A stretch of DNA of 64,000 bases from Geosiphon pyriformis uo1 (GCA_016748015.1 JAAOMT010000328.1:388955-452954), one strand, 5' to 3'. Numbered from the stretch's first letter, positions 1 to 12,131 are shown. Numbers and translations: made by a program. The notes: a model not told the origin generated them from the letters alone.

Positions 1-96
1 ATTATTGGGTAAGCTGGCTTTATAAAACTGCCACATTACTGTGATCATAACTAATAAATGACCAGCATGACTACATGTTAACAAAAAAAAAAAAAA
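1..96 (+). mobile_element. 3' end and poly(A) tail of an ORF1-only (HAL1-like) non-autonomous retroelement, inserted into LINE-A ORF2
   Basis: Matches the 3' UTR of the copies ending at 14577 and 22347 (ctggctttatgaaactgccacattactgtg...actaataaa..gaccagcatg.ctacatgttaac(A)n). LINE ORF2 codons (GVELDLNIRHF) follow directly. Confidence 0.85.
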
Positions 97-1130
97 GGAG
101 TTGAATTGGATCTAAATATTAGACATTTTCTGAGCAAACAGACTAGTCTTCAAGTGGCTTTGGATTGAATAGGCAACAACAAAGTTCAAGAAATGATAGA
201 ATCTTTAGACCAAGATATAAACTGGATATGCACAACCAAGATTTGGAACTGGAATAGAAAAATGTCATCAGGCTTCACCTTAGCTGGTTCTTCAGCAATG
301 CGTATATTTATTATGAAATCATTTTACAACATGCTGCCAACAGCAGAGGTGCTATACAATAGATGTCTCCATGTATATCTGAATAATCTTTACAAGACAT
401 GTCACAGGGAAGTGGAAACCAACTGGCATTTTTGGGAATGCTCTCTGAATACTCAAGAGGGCAAGACACTGATTAATGATGTAAAAGATAAGTGAATACA
501 GTGCCTCTCAGAGGCTGTGAGAGAAGAACGTGAAGCCCAAAACACTGATAAGAAGATTGTACTGTCTAATAAATACATCATGTCAACATCTAACATAGAT
601 CTGCTATATAAAGGACTGATCAATAAGCAATTTGGAAGGATCAATGTTTTTTCTGACATTGACCTAAGAACTAGCAATAATGTATTGATTAAGGTGTATA
701 AATGGGCAGTTACTCAAGCAAGGAATAGATTGTGGGGAGAACGTTGCAAATTGCAAACTGAATAGGAAAAAACAATAGGTATTGATAATAGGGTCAAGAG
801 AAATCTAACTGGTAGTTTCAGTATACATAGCATTTCAAGAAATAGTGGTAGAGATACCAGCAAACCCATAGTTAAAATAGGTAAAATATTCACACAGTGT
901 AATAATATACTGACTAATGTTTTTTGTGGTAGGAGTACTTTGTGTAATAATGTGATATCCCATAGATTTTCAGATTATACTAACATGTTACTAGGCATAA
1001 CCACTTAGTGGTTAGCCACATCTTGTAATTTAGATTATTGGGTGAGTTGGCTTTATGAAAAGATCATGTTTTTTAAGTGTGGCTAAACTAATAAAAGACC
1101 AGCATGGCTACACGTTAACAAAAAAAAAAA
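97..1130 (+). mobile_element. LINE-A, 3' part (post-RNase H region, C-terminal Cys/His motif, 3' UTR, poly(A)); degraded and inserted into the 5' LTR of Gypsy-A
   Basis: ORFs 193-495 and 517-765 are colinear with the LINE-D ORF2 C-terminus. It ends ...catggctacacgttaac(A)n, followed by internal LTR sequence attagccactc. Confidence 0.9.
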
Positions 1131-1754
1131 ATTAGCCACTCTATTTTTAGATAGTAATCATTGACCTGATTATTGATCTGATCATTGATCTGATCATTAA
1201 CTTAGTCATTGACCTGATTATTAATTACTTTTAACAGCTATATAAGTAATGAATCTTTTAGTTGTAGAAAAGCATGTTCAAAATAATCAAGAATAAATAA
1301 AATAACAAACTTTTATCTCAATTATTCTCTTATTGCTAATTTTTCTTTCCTTACCTCCAAGTGTCCGAACATCTTGGAATAAAAAATTACTTGTTGGTTA
1401 TTCTTTATTCTTTTCTTGAAACATATAATTGCAGCATTTAAAGATTATTGAATAAAATACGACTGAAAAGTACATCTGATATCTGCTATTGAATTCTAAG
1501 AGTGCCGATGTGAGGCATAGAATTATACCAGGTGTGATCATTTGTTGACAGTATGGACTATTCTTCTATTTTCAGATTTCTGGTTATTTTTTGAAAAGTA
1601 TAGTGATTGAGATATTTTATAAGACTGATCTTACACATTGAATCCATACTCATTCAATTTGCTCTTTAAAGTTGAATTTCCTTTGATTCCTTTCATTATC
1701 CTACAATCCTGTTTTCCCTTGCTATCTGTTAGCTTGTTATTCCAATCCGTAACA
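1131..1754 (+). repeat. 5' LTR of Gypsy-A (first ~60 bp displaced by LINE-A), LTR subtype I
   Basis: Homologous to the other LTRs; ends ...tccgtaaca and is followed by the PBS. Confidence 0.9.
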
Positions 1755-1760
1755 TAAAAA

Positions 1761-1779
1761 TGGTGCTTCCTGTAAGGTT
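1761..1779 (+). promoter_or_regulatory. Primer-binding site, consensus TGGTGCTCCCTGTGAGGTT (also 41717-41735 +, 60374-60392 -, 63488-63506 -)
   Basis: Begins with TGG (complement of tRNA CCA) 6 nt after the LTR end in four copies. Confidence 0.8.
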
Positions 1780-1806
1780 GTCAAAATCCACTTTGTTTCT
1801 TATTGC

Positions 1807-3362
1807 ATAGGTAATTATTTATACCTGCCACAACAATCAGAAAAACACTTTGAAGCATACAACAAAAACGATCTAAACTTTATTGAACTCAATCCTTTGC
1901 TTTCTTGCTTAATTTGCTTTCCCATTGAAAAACAATCCAGCAGACAATTTTAAGACTTTTGGAACTGGTTTTTGAATAAGCATTTAGCTGAAATCTACAC
2001 AGCTTATACAATCTATTACTTTGACAAAACTTATTTTGAAGACAACTTTGAAGAAAGAAACAACAGTATCAATCAGCTCTTATATTCTATAATCTTTGAA
2101 CAACAGCCCCCTGATTTCGAATATCTGAATTATCAAACTCACATTTGGATTGCTGCCCATCAATCAACAGTAACTTCCCTTGAAACAGAAAAAAAAAGCT
2201 ATCAAACAGCTCCTATTTTTGATCTCTTCTTAAGTGAATCAGAGCACTTCACACAAACAGTAACTCCTGAACCAATGGCCCAAGATCCAATGCAAGCAAA
2301 CATTCTGGCTGCCCTCCAAGACATACAAACTGCTTTGGGACAAAGAAACAACACCCCACTACCCCTATTCAGAGGTGATGCCCAAGATCCAATTGAATGA
2401 TTGAATGATTTTGAAAGAGCAGTCACTGCAAACCAGTATGATAATGAATACAAGTTCCAAATTGTTGGTGGCTACCTTCAAGGCTCCTCTGCTATCTGGT
2501 TTTCACAAAAAACCAATGCTGGTGCTCAACAAAGAATTGTTAGATAGACCCCAGCAAATATTGGAGAAAACAACACCTCTTTCACTACCCAGTTTGAAAA
2601 CAAATTCAAAACTCCCATCTTAATATCCAAATGGTGTATGGAATTAGAAAAAAGAACTCAAGATTCTAGTGAAATTGTGACCAAATATTCCAAAGCAATC
2701 AGAAAACTCATCAAGTGTGTAGACTCTGGTAGAAACTGGACTGAAGAGCAAAAGATCCACTTCTTCACAAAAGGATTAAGAACTGATTTATCATATGCTC
2801 TTTGGCCTCTTTTGGCTTTTAAAAATAATCCCATCATGGATATGGCCATTGAACTCGCCCAAAGAATTGAAGACAATCAAAGAATGCATTTGGGATCCAC
2901 ACTTCCAGTTTTTGCTCCTGCTCCTGTTATGGCTCTTACTTCTCAAATGGCCACTACTTCTTTTGCTGCCCAGACACAAGATCCAAATAAACAATTAATA
3001 GATAGACTTACAGCAAATCTTGCTCAGCTATTAGAACCATTAGCCCAAGCAGTCAGAGATAACCAGCAACCATAAAGACCCAGATTTGAAAACTGTTTTA
3101 ATCAGCCCCAGCAACCTCTTACCAAAGACAGCAAAATCATGGCCCTCCTGTGTGTTATAGATGTGGATTAACTGGACATTTCTCCAGAGATTGCAACAAT
3201 CCTCCACTGTCTCCTCCAGCTCTTAGAAACAATGACAACCAAAACAACAGACCCAACAACAACAACAATGTCCCCAATCAAAGACCTAATCATGCCAACA
3301 TCAATTTCTTTGAAAAGGATCCCCTAGTTGAAGCCAATGTTTATCAGCCTTTAAACTGGTAG
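1807..3362 (+). pseudogene. gag: Gypsy-A gag (N-terminal HHCC-like extension, capsid-like domain, CCHC zinc knuckle), disrupted
   Basis: FRGDAQDPIE, WTEEQKIHFFTKGLR, CYRCGLTGHFSRDC; several in-frame stops and a frameshift. Confidence 0.88.
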
Positions 3363-6300
3363 GTCCACCTCCAAAGGGTGAGAGTGCAAGCCAACCAGAA
3401 GAAAATCCCTTTTATGCTTTTAACTTAACTGATGATGACCATGACATAGATGAACTAGCAATTAACACCTCAGAACCAACCAGAAAGAAGAAAAAAGCTA
3501 AAGTTGATTTCGTTCTAGACCCCAACAAAGCCTCAAATTCTGCCACTGATAACAATGAGCCACCAAAGGCTAAAATTTTTAAAGTTGGAACCCCCAGAAA
3601 TTGTACAAAAATCTGGACCCTATTCCGTTGTCAAAGATCTCATGGAAACCCCAGCACATATTACCTTTGGCCAGTTAATGACCCATTTACAGTTCAGAAA
3701 GGATCTTTGCAAATCCTTGATTCCAAAGAAAAAGACACCAAAAACCAACAAGCACCCTTGCCAAGTTGGACTTGCTGACAACAGCAATGTTACTCCTCTG
3801 ATTTGTAAAGCCCAAGTGGCTGGATACTTTATTGACTTAATTCTGGACAGTGGATCATCTGTTAGTGTTATTGCCAAACACTTCTTGGAAGCAATTGGTA
3901 GAAAGATTGATGAACCTTCTACCAGACCAATGACCAATGTACATGGTGACAAAAAAAAAGACTGGGTATTGCCAAAGCTGTTCCTGTCTGCATTAATGGA
4001 ATCAGCATTGAAACTGACATGGAAGTTTCTAAAGCCAAGGAATGCACCATTATTGTTGGCAATGAATGGCTCAAGAAAGCAAAAGCTTTGCTTGATTATG
4101 AACTTTGTGAATTAACCATCAGATGTGGTGAGAAACCCATTGTGGTTAAGTGTCACCATTGGACAACTCTCCCAGTACCCAAACAAAACCAAGAAGAAGA
4201 ACAATCAGATGAAGAGAGCAATGAAGAAGAAGAACAAGAAGAGCAAGAAGAAACTGCTGAACTCGCCTATACCACCTTCACCAGCAATGGCAAACCACTG
4301 GACAATGTTAAAGCAAACAAAATAGAAATCATTGTAAATGGCAAGCTGATCTGCTGGCCTTATTATGATATTCTTAGAAGAACTTTTGAAAGAAAACCTG
4401 GCAAGAAAGCCAAATACAGTTTTTGGTGGCATGGTCCTTGTGCCTGGTGTTGGTGCAACAAACTCTTGTATTCTCCAAGCGATGAATGCAAATCATGCCT
4501 GATCTAATACAGAGATTGGGAACCAATCAGTTTGATACCCAGAGAAGAATTAAAAGAAGTACAGAAGTCCTTTGAGAATGAACCACCTGAGATCCAATCA
4601 CTGGTTGTAGAACAAAAAAAACCCACCCCAGAAGAAAGAAAAATAGACATTGAAAATTTGCTGGCTAGAAATAGCCCAGTTATCTCCAAAGAAGATGATA
4701 CCCCTGGACGTACTCATGTGATACAACACACCATCACCACCAGAGAAACTCAACCCATCCATTTGAAGCCTTATCAATCCAATCAGCACAATAATGAGTT
4801 TATCAAGAAAGAGATAAACTGGATGAAAAAACTTGGATTTATACAAGAAACCAAGAGTGAATGGGCTTTCCCAGTTGTAGTGGTATCTAAGAAAGGTGGA
4901 ACACTACACTTCTGTGTTGACTACTGCTAATTAAATGCCATCACTGAAAGAGACATGTACCCACTTCCCAAGATTGATGCAATGTTAGATCAATTCAAAG
5001 ATGCTGCTTTCTTCTCAACCATTGACTTAACTGCAAGTAGAGATGGATCCAGAAAGCAGAAAAAAAACTGCCTTCATCACCAAGTATGGCACCTATGAAT
5101 TCACAGTTATGTCTTTTGGTCTTACCAACACCCCTCCCACCTTTCAACACTTAATGGATAAAGTATTTGAATCAGTCAAGGAAAACTTTGTTCTAGTCTA
5201 TTTGGATGACATAATAGTATACTCAAAAACCTGGGATGAACATCTGGAACATTTGTAAAAGGTTTTTGACCTCCTCAGAAATGCTGGCCTCAAGATCAAC
5301 CCAATCAAATCTTTTTTTGGAAGACAATCCACCCAGTTCCTTGGTCATTTTATCACAAAAGATGGAATCTTTCCTGACCCAGCCAAAGTTGAAAAAGTTC
5401 AAAACATCAAACAACCAATGAACATTCATGAACTATTCTCTTTTCTTGGTTTGGCCTCTTATTATCACAAATTTGTCAAGGATTTCTCCAAAATCGCCTC
5501 TTCTCTCAATCAGCTACTCAGGAAAAATGTCAATTACCATTGGGGAACACATCAGCAAAAAGCCTTTGAAACTTTAAAGGAAAAACTGGTTACAGAACCC
5601 ATTCTCAAGCAATCTGATCTAGATCGACCCTTTATCCTCCACACTGATGCATCTGGCTTTGGACTTGGTGCTGTTCTCTCCCAGAAAGATAAAGATGGCA
5701 AAAAACATGCCATAGCCTATGCCAGTAGAACCCTTTCTCCAGCAGAACAGAACTATTCAGTCACTGAACAAGAATGCTTAGCAGTAGTATGGTCCACCAG
5801 TTACTGGAGTAAGTATCTTCTTGGTGTGAAGTTTTTGGTGGTAACAGATCACCAAGCTTTGGTTTGGCTGCACAACAAAAAGAGGCTAGAACACAAATGA
5901 ATAACTCACTGGATACTCCACTTGGATAAATTTGACTATAATATTCAACATCGCAAAGGAGCTAATCATCAAAACGCCGTCGCTCTCTCCAGACTTACCA
6001 TCCAGTAACAGAACAACCCTCTCAAACCAAACCAACTTAATTATTAGTAATTCCTCCTTTTTGATAAACACGATAATGGACTTGGACAACTACTCTGCCT
6101 TAATGGAATTTTTGGATAAAGGACAATACCCACCAAAATACACACGATAACAAAGAAAACATTTGTGTAAACAATTAAATTTCTATTTGATTCACCAGAA
6201 CCAACTTTATAAAAGAAATAGAAAAAATCCTGACTGCCCCCAAAGAGTTATCAGATTTGAAGAAAGAGAAATTGTGATCTACAATATGTACACTGATCCA

Positions 6301-7389
6301 TTAGCTGGACACTTTGGAAAAACAAAAATAATTCAGAAAACTTTAGCTCACTATTATTGGCTTATCTTGGGAAAAGACATTGCTGAATACATCAAAACCT
6401 GTGATATCTGCCAAAGAAGAGAAAAACCCAATCACAAAGAAGATATCCATCCAATTTCTGTTGGTTAACCATTTGACAGAATTGGTATAGATGTTGTTGG
6501 ACCTTTAACAGTAACTCCTGATGGCGACAGATACATCATCACAGCTACTGACTATCTTACAAAGTGGGTAGAAGCAAGAGCCACTTCAGACCAAACAGCA
6601 GTCTCAATAGCCAATTTCATTTATGAAGATATCATTTGTCACCATGGCTGCCCCAAAGAACTTTTATCTGACAGAAGAAGAGCTTTTCTCAGTACACTGG
6701 TTGAAGAACTTTGTAGAAAAATGGGAATATGTTACAAACTTTCTTCTCCTTATCACTCACAAACAAATGGCCTAGTAGAACGTTTCAATAGAACACTGTG
6801 TGAAACCCTAACCAAAACAAGTGAAGAAACAAACTTATGGAACAAAGTACTGCCTTCAGCTTTGTTTGCTTATAGAACTGTGAATCATGACATAACAAGT
6901 TATGAACCCTTTTATCTACTCTATGGATGAATGGCAACACTACCAATAGAAACTGACATTGAGACAATACTCTTTGAAGAAATAACAATAGGGAATTACA
7001 AAGACATTTTGCAAAGAAAACTTGGTACCATTCTTGACTCATTGGTAGAAGCATGTATAATTGCCTTTGAAAAGATAAAACAGTTCCAAGAGAAGCTTAA
7101 GAAAAAGAAAACATATAAAACACTTTCCTTAAGTGTTAGTGACTTAGTTTTAGAATACCATTCAGACAGAGACAATGTCTATGGTAATAAATTCTCTAGC
7201 TGGTGGAAAGGACCCTTTATAGTCAACAAAGTTTTGAACAATGGTTCTTATATCTTACAAGATCAATATGGAACAATCTTCAATGATCGCCCTGTTCATG
7301 GCATGCGACTTAAGAAATATCACAAACGACCTGATTGGTTACCAGTTGTGGTAATACCAACCCAAATGATCAGCAAAAACCAAGTATAA
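3350..7389 (+). pseudogene. pol: Gypsy-A pol (aspartic protease, RT, RNase H, integrase), disrupted
   Basis: LILDSGSS (protease); KTAFITKYGTYEF and VYLDDII (RT); TDASGFGLGAVL and NYSVTEQECLAVV (RNase H); GHFG...CDIC, NGLVERFNRTL and WKGPF (integrase). Confidence 0.95.
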
Positions 7390-7430
7390 ATAAATGCATC
7401 ATTCCCAAAACAGAAGTATCTTCAATCGAC

Positions 7431-8102
7431 ATGAACAATTATTTTCTGGATCAAAACATTCAAAACGCTTTCTATACTCTTCATGAGTATTAGATCAAAA
7501 ACTATTCAAATGCTACCCTGACTATTGGAAAACAGACCACAATAACTGACAACAGTGGAACTCATACTGTTATCAGACCAAAGAAAACAACTACCAGAAG
7601 AGAAAGAATTGGTAGCAAAATGGATATGTATCTGTTGGAAAGCATAACAGCAGCAATACTTGTACCTTCCACCACAATTGAAAAAATGATTAAAGAAATC
7701 TTGCCCATAGACAAAAACTTGTCATATGGAAGACAACTAGAGCTCTATGGTTGCCTTGGTGAAATCATAGAAGAAATGAAGTTCATGAAGAAAACAACTT
7801 CAGAGATACAAATGGAAATTTTGGGCATTATACGTTTAAATGTCCCAAGAGTTTTGACTATTGCAAGAAGAGCCAAAACTCTTATACAAAGATTTGGTCT
7901 CTTGGATACAAAGCTTATTTCGCCTCAAGTACTATACACTCTATCCACAAAAGACTTCAACAAACTAGTTAGTTTTGAGTTAGACAAAACCCTTCAATTA
8001 GAATACCCTATAAATAGCTTGATTTTGCCAGAGCTTAATCTCTTTGGAGAGGATGATGTTATGGTTGAAACCCATATTTTTATTAGTTATCACATGTATT
8101 AG
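7431..8102 (+). CDS. ORF3, unknown ~220-aa protein downstream of integrase, extending through the PPT into the 3' LTR (one TGG>TAG in this copy; 7620-8102 open)
   Basis: ATG 7431 is in frame with ORF 7620-8102; the same reading frame is recognisable in all five copies. Confidence 0.7.
8046..8056 (+). promoter_or_regulatory. Polypurine tract
   Basis: GGAGAGGATGA immediately before the LTR TGTTA; same position in copies B-E. Confidence 0.75.
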
Positions 8103-8698
8103 CCACTGATGTCATATAATTAGCCACTCTATTTTTAGATAGTGATCATTGACCTAGTTGTTGACCTGGTCATTGACCACTTTCAACAGATATATAAGCG
8201 ATGAGTCTCTTAGCTGTAGAAAATCATCTCTTAGACAAGAATCAAATAAATAAAAATAACAACTTTCATCTCAATCACTCTCTTATTGCTAATTTCCCTT
8301 TCCCTACCTTCAAGTATCCGAATATCTTAGGATAAAAGATTACTTGTTGGCCTTTTTCTGTTTGAATAATTGTAGTATTTGAAGACTATTTGTATAAACG
8401 TGACTGAAAAGCACAAGTTGATACCTGATATTGAATTCTAAAAGCACCGATGTGAAAGCATAGAATTAATACCAGCAGTGATCAATTGTTGACAGTACAG
8501 ACTATTTCTCTATCTTCAGATTCTCCAGTTACCTTTGAAAAGAATAGCGACTGAGATATTTTATGAGACTGATCTCGCACATTGAATCCATACTCATTCA
8601 ATTTGCTCTTTAAAGTTGAATCCTCTTTGATTATTTCCATCACTCTACAATCCTGTTCTCCCTTGCTATCCATTAGCTTGTTACTCCAACCCATAACA
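8057..8698 (+). repeat. 3' LTR of Gypsy-A, LTR subtype II
   Basis: TGTTATGG...CCATAACA inverted termini; 12-bp repeats, TATATAA and AATAAA inside. Confidence 0.95.
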
Positions 8699-11600
8699 CT
8701 ACAATGGATTAAGGACAAACAGTTTGATTTTGTGGTCATTACAGAAACTAAACTGATTCCAATTAAAGAAAAAAGGGTGTTTTTTGATACTGAGGAATAT
8801 CATGTCTTTTGGGAGTCAAGCACTGAGGCATACTGGTTAGGAAATATTGGACTTACCATGTGGAGGTAATCAGAAGTTATCAGGAGAGACTATTGCATCT
8901 AATACTGAGATTTAGAAGTAAAATAAGTGTACACATAGTTGGGTTGTACATGTCTGCATCAAAATCACCTACTGAAAAGACAGTTGCAAAAGAGATCAGA
9001 AAGCTTTTAGCAAAACAAAGAAATTGTCATAGTGGCAGGCAATTTGAATGAAGATCTGGCAGCTAAATCACTTGAAGAAACAATTGCCACAAACAAAGGA
9101 AAAAAATGTTCCACTGCAATATTACTGCAACAGAATCTAGTGGATATACATGGAATGTATGCAGCAAACAATCTGGATAATACATGGACAGCAAATGGAG
9201 TACAAAGGAGATTGGATTATGTGTTTACTGATGTTATTACAGCCTCACTGGTCACAAATATTGGGGTAATTAATGTTAATGAATCATTTAGCACTGATCA
9301 CAAAGCAGTGGTAACAATCATCTGATCTAATAGAATCTTGGCAGGCATTAAAAAATCTAAATCTGGAAGAAAGAAGTGTAGCACAACTATGATTGATGTT
9401 AAAAAGACATCTGGAGTCCAATAAGAGATCTATGCTAGAGAAACTGATTGACTAACAGATGAAGCACAAAGAAAATCGATAGATAACAGCAATGATAATC
9501 TAAACCAGATGTGGCTTACAATCAAGGAGACTGTGTTACAAGCTGCTGAGTGCCTACCAAAAAGGAAAGTAGAAGCCCAATCTGCACACACAAAGAAAGA
9601 ATGCATGGATCACAAGCTTGTTAAGATTGTTGCTGATATAATCAAACAAATAAAAGTAAACAATGCAGATATGCATGATAACAATGTTATGCAGCTATTG
9701 GCTAAATGGAAACAATTGAAACCTGAAACAGTTACTGCATATCTGATAACTCTCCCAAAAGATAAGCTTATTGTTGAATTACTAAGCATCAAAAAAGAAT
9801 ACAGATCTACACTGCATGCTAGGATCAGGCTACAACAACAAAGACAGATAGTGAACAATATCATCAAAAGACAACAGAACTTTGAGCTAAGCAAAGGAGC
9901 AATGATCAAAAGCATTCTGAACAGGAAAAGACAAAGAATAGTATTGGACCATGTTATAGAAGAAGGCAAATTTCATGATGATCCTGATGAAATCAAAAAG
10001 CTAGTAAACAAAAAAGCTCAAGGGTGGACTAGAACAAGAATTCTTGAACCTGAACTATGGAAAAGTTGGGAACACAGGTTTAGACCAATTGAGAGCATCC
10101 CAGATCATGCCTTTGATGGTGTGATGGCTGAAATAACAATTGAAGAATTTGACTATACATTAAGCCACACACCCCATAATAAAGCCCCTGGCCCATCAGG
10201 CATACAAGCTGAAGTCTGGGCCTAACATCAAGTCTAAACTGAGAACATTGCTCAATGCTTGCATAGAAGCAGCAGACATGTCTGAGGAGTGGAGAATAGC
10301 ACAGGTCATACTGATTCCAAAGCCAAAAGAATGGAGTGGCAATATTGACATCACCAGGCCGATCACACTCATTGAAAGCACTAGAAAGATTCTAACAAAG
10401 ATTTTAATTGCAAGAATATTAAAAGCATGTGAGCTCCACAATGTTCTAAAAGGTTATAACACTTCAGTTCTGAAGAATACATCTACAGCAGTGCCAATTC
10501 ATGTGATTAATGCTATTGCTGAGCATGCAAGAGAATTTGATAATGAGGCTTGGTTCACATTTTAGGACATGAAAAAAGCATATGACTCAGTAGGATGGAA
10601 ACCCATGGAAGCTGTACTAAAAAGAATCAAATAAACAATAGGTTTACTGAGCTATTTGGCTTAATACACAACAATAGAAGTAATAGGATTATAACTGAGT
10701 TTGGGTTAAGTAATGAATATCAAGTACAAGATGGATTAGATCAAGGGGAAACAAGCTCATCTATCATGTGAAGGATCTTTTATGACCCCTTACTGTGTGA
10801 AGTAAAACAAGCAAATTACAACCAGGGATACCAATTAATAGCTAAATGACAATCAAGCAGACACACAATCCCTAATAGCATCAGTAAACTACCTTGTCTT
10901 TGTTGATGACACAGTGTGGATAGCTAACTCAAGACAAGGAATGCAGAGTATTCTGGACACAGCCAGCTCCTTTTTTAGAATGGTAGATATTGAGATCAAC
11001 TTAGATAAAACTGAAACAATGGTAATTAGACCCTCCAAGAGGAAATCAGTGTTAGTTGAGCCACTAAAATTTGGTCCAAACAAACAAACCTTGAGATTGC
11101 TGGACCCATTTACATGCATCCAATATTTGGGAGTATGGATTCGAGCAGATGGAAAAAATGAAACTGTGCTGAATATGATAGGATCTGACATTAAAGCAGT
11201 ATGTGGGGTTATTAGGAAAAAACACATCACTAAAAAACAGGCAATTTACATTTTCAACAGAGTACTAAGTCCAGCAATAGAATTTAGATCTCAATTAACT
11301 CATATATCAAATAGTTGGGCCAAAAGATGGAACTCAAAGATCTCAGCCACTGTAAAGAAGAAAGCAAACCTCTCAGTAGATTTCCCAGCCAGTGCCATGC
11401 ATCACACATCTTTGTACAACTTATTCAAAATTGATGACATACAGGCAAAAAGCAAGATTACTGATTTGTTGGTTAAATTGAACAGTAATGATATTGCTGA
11501 AATGACTACAAAAATCAGACTAGCCAACTTGCAGGCACAGAGATGGTCAGCTCATAGTATACTTGAATATCCCACTAATGAACAATCTAAGCCAGGAGTT

Positions 11601-12058
11601 AATCTAATAGCAACATCATGCAGATAATAGATGAAAGAGGCATTTCATTCAAAAGCTCTGGTAACACATATGGGGTGCCTGATTCCTTAAAACCACATGC
11701 ACATTTAATTGAGACAGTCATAACTTCAGGTGTAGCCTACTCTAAAGTTAGAAGTTTACTGAGGAAAGAGAACATTTTGTATTTACATCAGGTTCAGAAC
11801 AAGAATGGATCATTAATGACATGGATGAACTTCACAAGGAAGTACAGACAAAGCAACAGTGGTAAAATTCCCAAATGGTTTAAGATTTTAGAGTCCACAA
11901 TCATTATGGATGAGCACAGAAACATTAATGTAGCCCAATGTAAAGCAGTGGGGATGCACAAAATAGATTACCAGATACCAGATGACCTAGATACAATACA
12001 AAGAGACTCTATTTACATCCAAATTCCTGATGCTTTATTACCACAATAGAGGAATGTA

Positions 12059-12131
12059 AAAGGTTGCAGAATATAAGAGCTGATTGATACTGTTGTTTCT
12101 TTCTTCAAAGTCATTTTCAAAATAAGCTTGG
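12059..12131 (-). other. ~70-bp antisense fragment of Gypsy family-1 gag fused to the 5' end of HAL-like copy 1
   Basis: Matches 60056-60128 (agaatataagagctgattgatactgttg...aaaataagcttgg) and lies inside the TSDs of the insertion. Confidence 0.85.

Larger units (their letters stand above)
1131..8698 (+). mobile_element. Ty3/Gypsy LTR retrotransposon, family 1, copy A (5' LTR interrupted by LINE-A)
   Basis: LTR-PBS-gag(CCHC)-PR-RT-RH-INT-ORF3-PPT-LTR order; integrase after RNase H is the Gypsy arrangement. Confidence 0.95.

Noticed and set aside
1131-1142. ttagccac shared by the LTR and the LINE 3' UTR as a targeting signal
   Set aside because: Only an 8-mer, and the other LINE/HAL insertion sites show no such motif.
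7620-8102. ORF3 as env or chromodomain
   Set aside because: No signal peptide, transmembrane segment or chromodomain aromatic motif is visible.
8582-8869. ORF fusing the LTR end to the LINE endonuclease
   Set aside because: Chance in-frame junction of an insertion; TTG start and degraded downstream sequence.
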